A DNA stretch of 63,000 nucleotides, the filler included. It is 3 parts of 3 records of this genome, joined end to end, with 100 filler letters (N's around TTAATTAATTAA, not from the genome) between each part and the next. Parts side by side here need not be neighbours in the genome. Positions count along the whole stretch, not along the records: positions 48,191 to 63,000 come from SRR20825019_1527; 2 more parts are not named here. One strand, written 5' to 3'. Below the pieces are notes generated by a model. The model saw only the letters and a list, made by a program, of their open reading frames with translations, had not been told where the DNA came from and searched no databases. Position 1 is the first letter of the stretch. The number at the start of each line of letters is the position of its first letter. Below, piece by piece: positions 61,884-63,000 of this stretch. A program made the position numbers and the translations under genes.

Positions 61884-62273
61884 TTAATCGAGGGGTTGAA
61901 TTTCATTTCTCATGAGATACACTTCAACGATGATTCGAGAAACCAATTCGAGTGTAATCTCACTTGGGTGAATGAGAAGGTTATAGCTTACGGCTCTTTC
62001 TGGGTTGAGCTGTTTTTCGATGATTTTCATTTCCAAAAGTACTTTTCTGCAGAGAATTTTCCCCCCGTATCCATATTTGAACGAATTGTGCGTAATATCT
62101 CCTTTGATTAAGGAAATCCTGAGTAACATTTTATATGTCTTGTTGAAGTACTTTTTCAGCTGTTTAACACGGACTTTTGTGAGATCATCACCGTGCAAAA
62201 TGGTTCCTGTGTAGGTCGCAATTTCATTTAGTTCAGCTAAGAATGCTTTCCTTTCCTCGGGTGTTTGTTCCAT
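61884..62273 (-). CDS. Hypothetical protein
   Basis: 129-aa ORF with no recognised motif. Confidence 0.55.
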   Translation of the reverse strand: MEQTPEERKAFLAELNEIATYTGTILHGDDLTKVRVKQLKKYFNKTYKMLLRISLIKGDITHNSFKYGYGGKILCRKVLLEMKIIEKQLNPERAVSYNLLIHPSEITLELVSRIIVEVYLMRNEIQPLD

Positions 62274-62448
62274 TTTAATCCTCTTTAAACTGTTTCGATC
62301 AGAACATTTTAAAAAATGGGTAAACGAGATTCATACTGTTATTCTCGATCTACCAATTCTGTGTAAAGAAAAGAAAATGTATCAGAAACAATTCGATTCA
62401 TTCATAATTAATCAAGAAAACAATGAATCGATCCAGATCGTGAAATAC

Positions 62449-62483
62449 AAAGAAAGCCGCTAATTGCTTAACGGCTTTCTTTT
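62449..62483. terminator. Intrinsic terminator, possibly bidirectional
   Basis: AAAGAAAGCCG...CGGCTTTCTTT. Confidence 0.75.
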
Positions 62484-62506
62484 ATTATTATTTGACTTCT
62501 ATCGTT

Positions 62507-63000
62507 CTACTGAACGATAACTTTTGTACTGTAATTGTATTCGCCTTTTGAGATTGTAATGAAATATACCCCTGGTTCATCTAGTAATTCAATTGATACA
62601 TTTTGCTCATTCACTTCTTCTTGAAGATAAACCAACTTGCCGTCAACTGTGTAAATAGATATTGCAGGATGCTCTATATCTCCTAAGCTAATTGTGAATT
62701 GACCACTGTTTGGGTTTGGATAGATTTTAATGTCTTCAAAAACCGTTTCTTCTAAACTAACAGTTACAATAGAAACACATAAGGATGTGCTTGTACAACC
62801 ATTTTCCGTCACTTTTACGGCGTAAGAACCATTTTGAGTTGCTGTGAAGGTTGAACTTGTTGCACCAACGATGTCGCTGTTATTTGAACAATCGATCCAT
62901 TGGTAAGTTGCATTTACTGCATTGGCGGTAATACTTGGGTCATTTGTAGTAACAGTAACATCAGGAGTGTTGATTGTTAAATCAAGTGTTACGATAGAAT
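62507..63000 (-). CDS. T9SS type A sorting-domain protein (C-terminal part)
   Basis: The frame is open to the window end: DSIVTLDLTIN...YQWIDC...IYPNPNSGQF...GKLV...GVYFI...KVIVQ. Confidence 0.88.
   Translation of the reverse strand, partial: SIVTLDLTINTPDVTVTTNDPSITANAVNATYQWIDCSNNSDIVGATSSTFTATQNGSYAVKVTENGCTSTSLCVSIVTVSLEETVFEDIKIYPNPNSGQFTISLGDIEHPAISIYTVDGKLVYLQEEVNEQNVSIELLDEPGVYFITISKGEYNYSTKVIVQ

Overview
The window is not one replicon. It is three unrelated contigs joined by artificial 100-nt spacers (N44-TTAATTAATTAA-N44 at 19248-19347 and 48091-48190). (1) 1-19247 is an AT-rich Flavobacteriaceae-type chromosome piece: pheS, the four-gene ligase/Lhr-helicase/nuclease DNA-damage cluster, a coupled operon of coiled-coil protein + longin-like protein + Rab-like GTPase + hybrid histidine kinase, then fbp, lysC, an OlsF-like acyltransferase, ribE, pdxA, yceD, rpmF and fabH. 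(2) 19348-48090 is a compact eukaryotic genome, probably of a flagellated protist, with mostly ~50-60-nt GT-AG introns. Its genes alternate strands in strict head-to-head pairs around very GC-rich islands. It encodes a ZZ-zinc-finger-fused carboxylic-acid-reductase-like A-T-R enzyme (visible only after splicing), MSH5, TMEM17, a class-3 lipase, a GUP1/HHAT-like MBOAT, an Aurora kinase, an AIFM3-like oxidoreductase and a ~1930-aa C2-domain protein. It also contains non-coding loci the ORF track cannot show: an unidentified ~290-nt highly structured RNA followed by snR41-like and snR70/U43-like C/D snoRNAs (29100-29860), and a U61-like snoRNA inside an AIFM3 intron. (3) 48191-63000 is a second Bacteroidota contig with a candidate sRNA, a SprB-repeat T9SS cargo protein, a MarR-RND efflux operon and a partial T9SS type A cargo gene. 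All calls come from reading motifs by eye; no searches were run, and rRNA target numbering is from memory.
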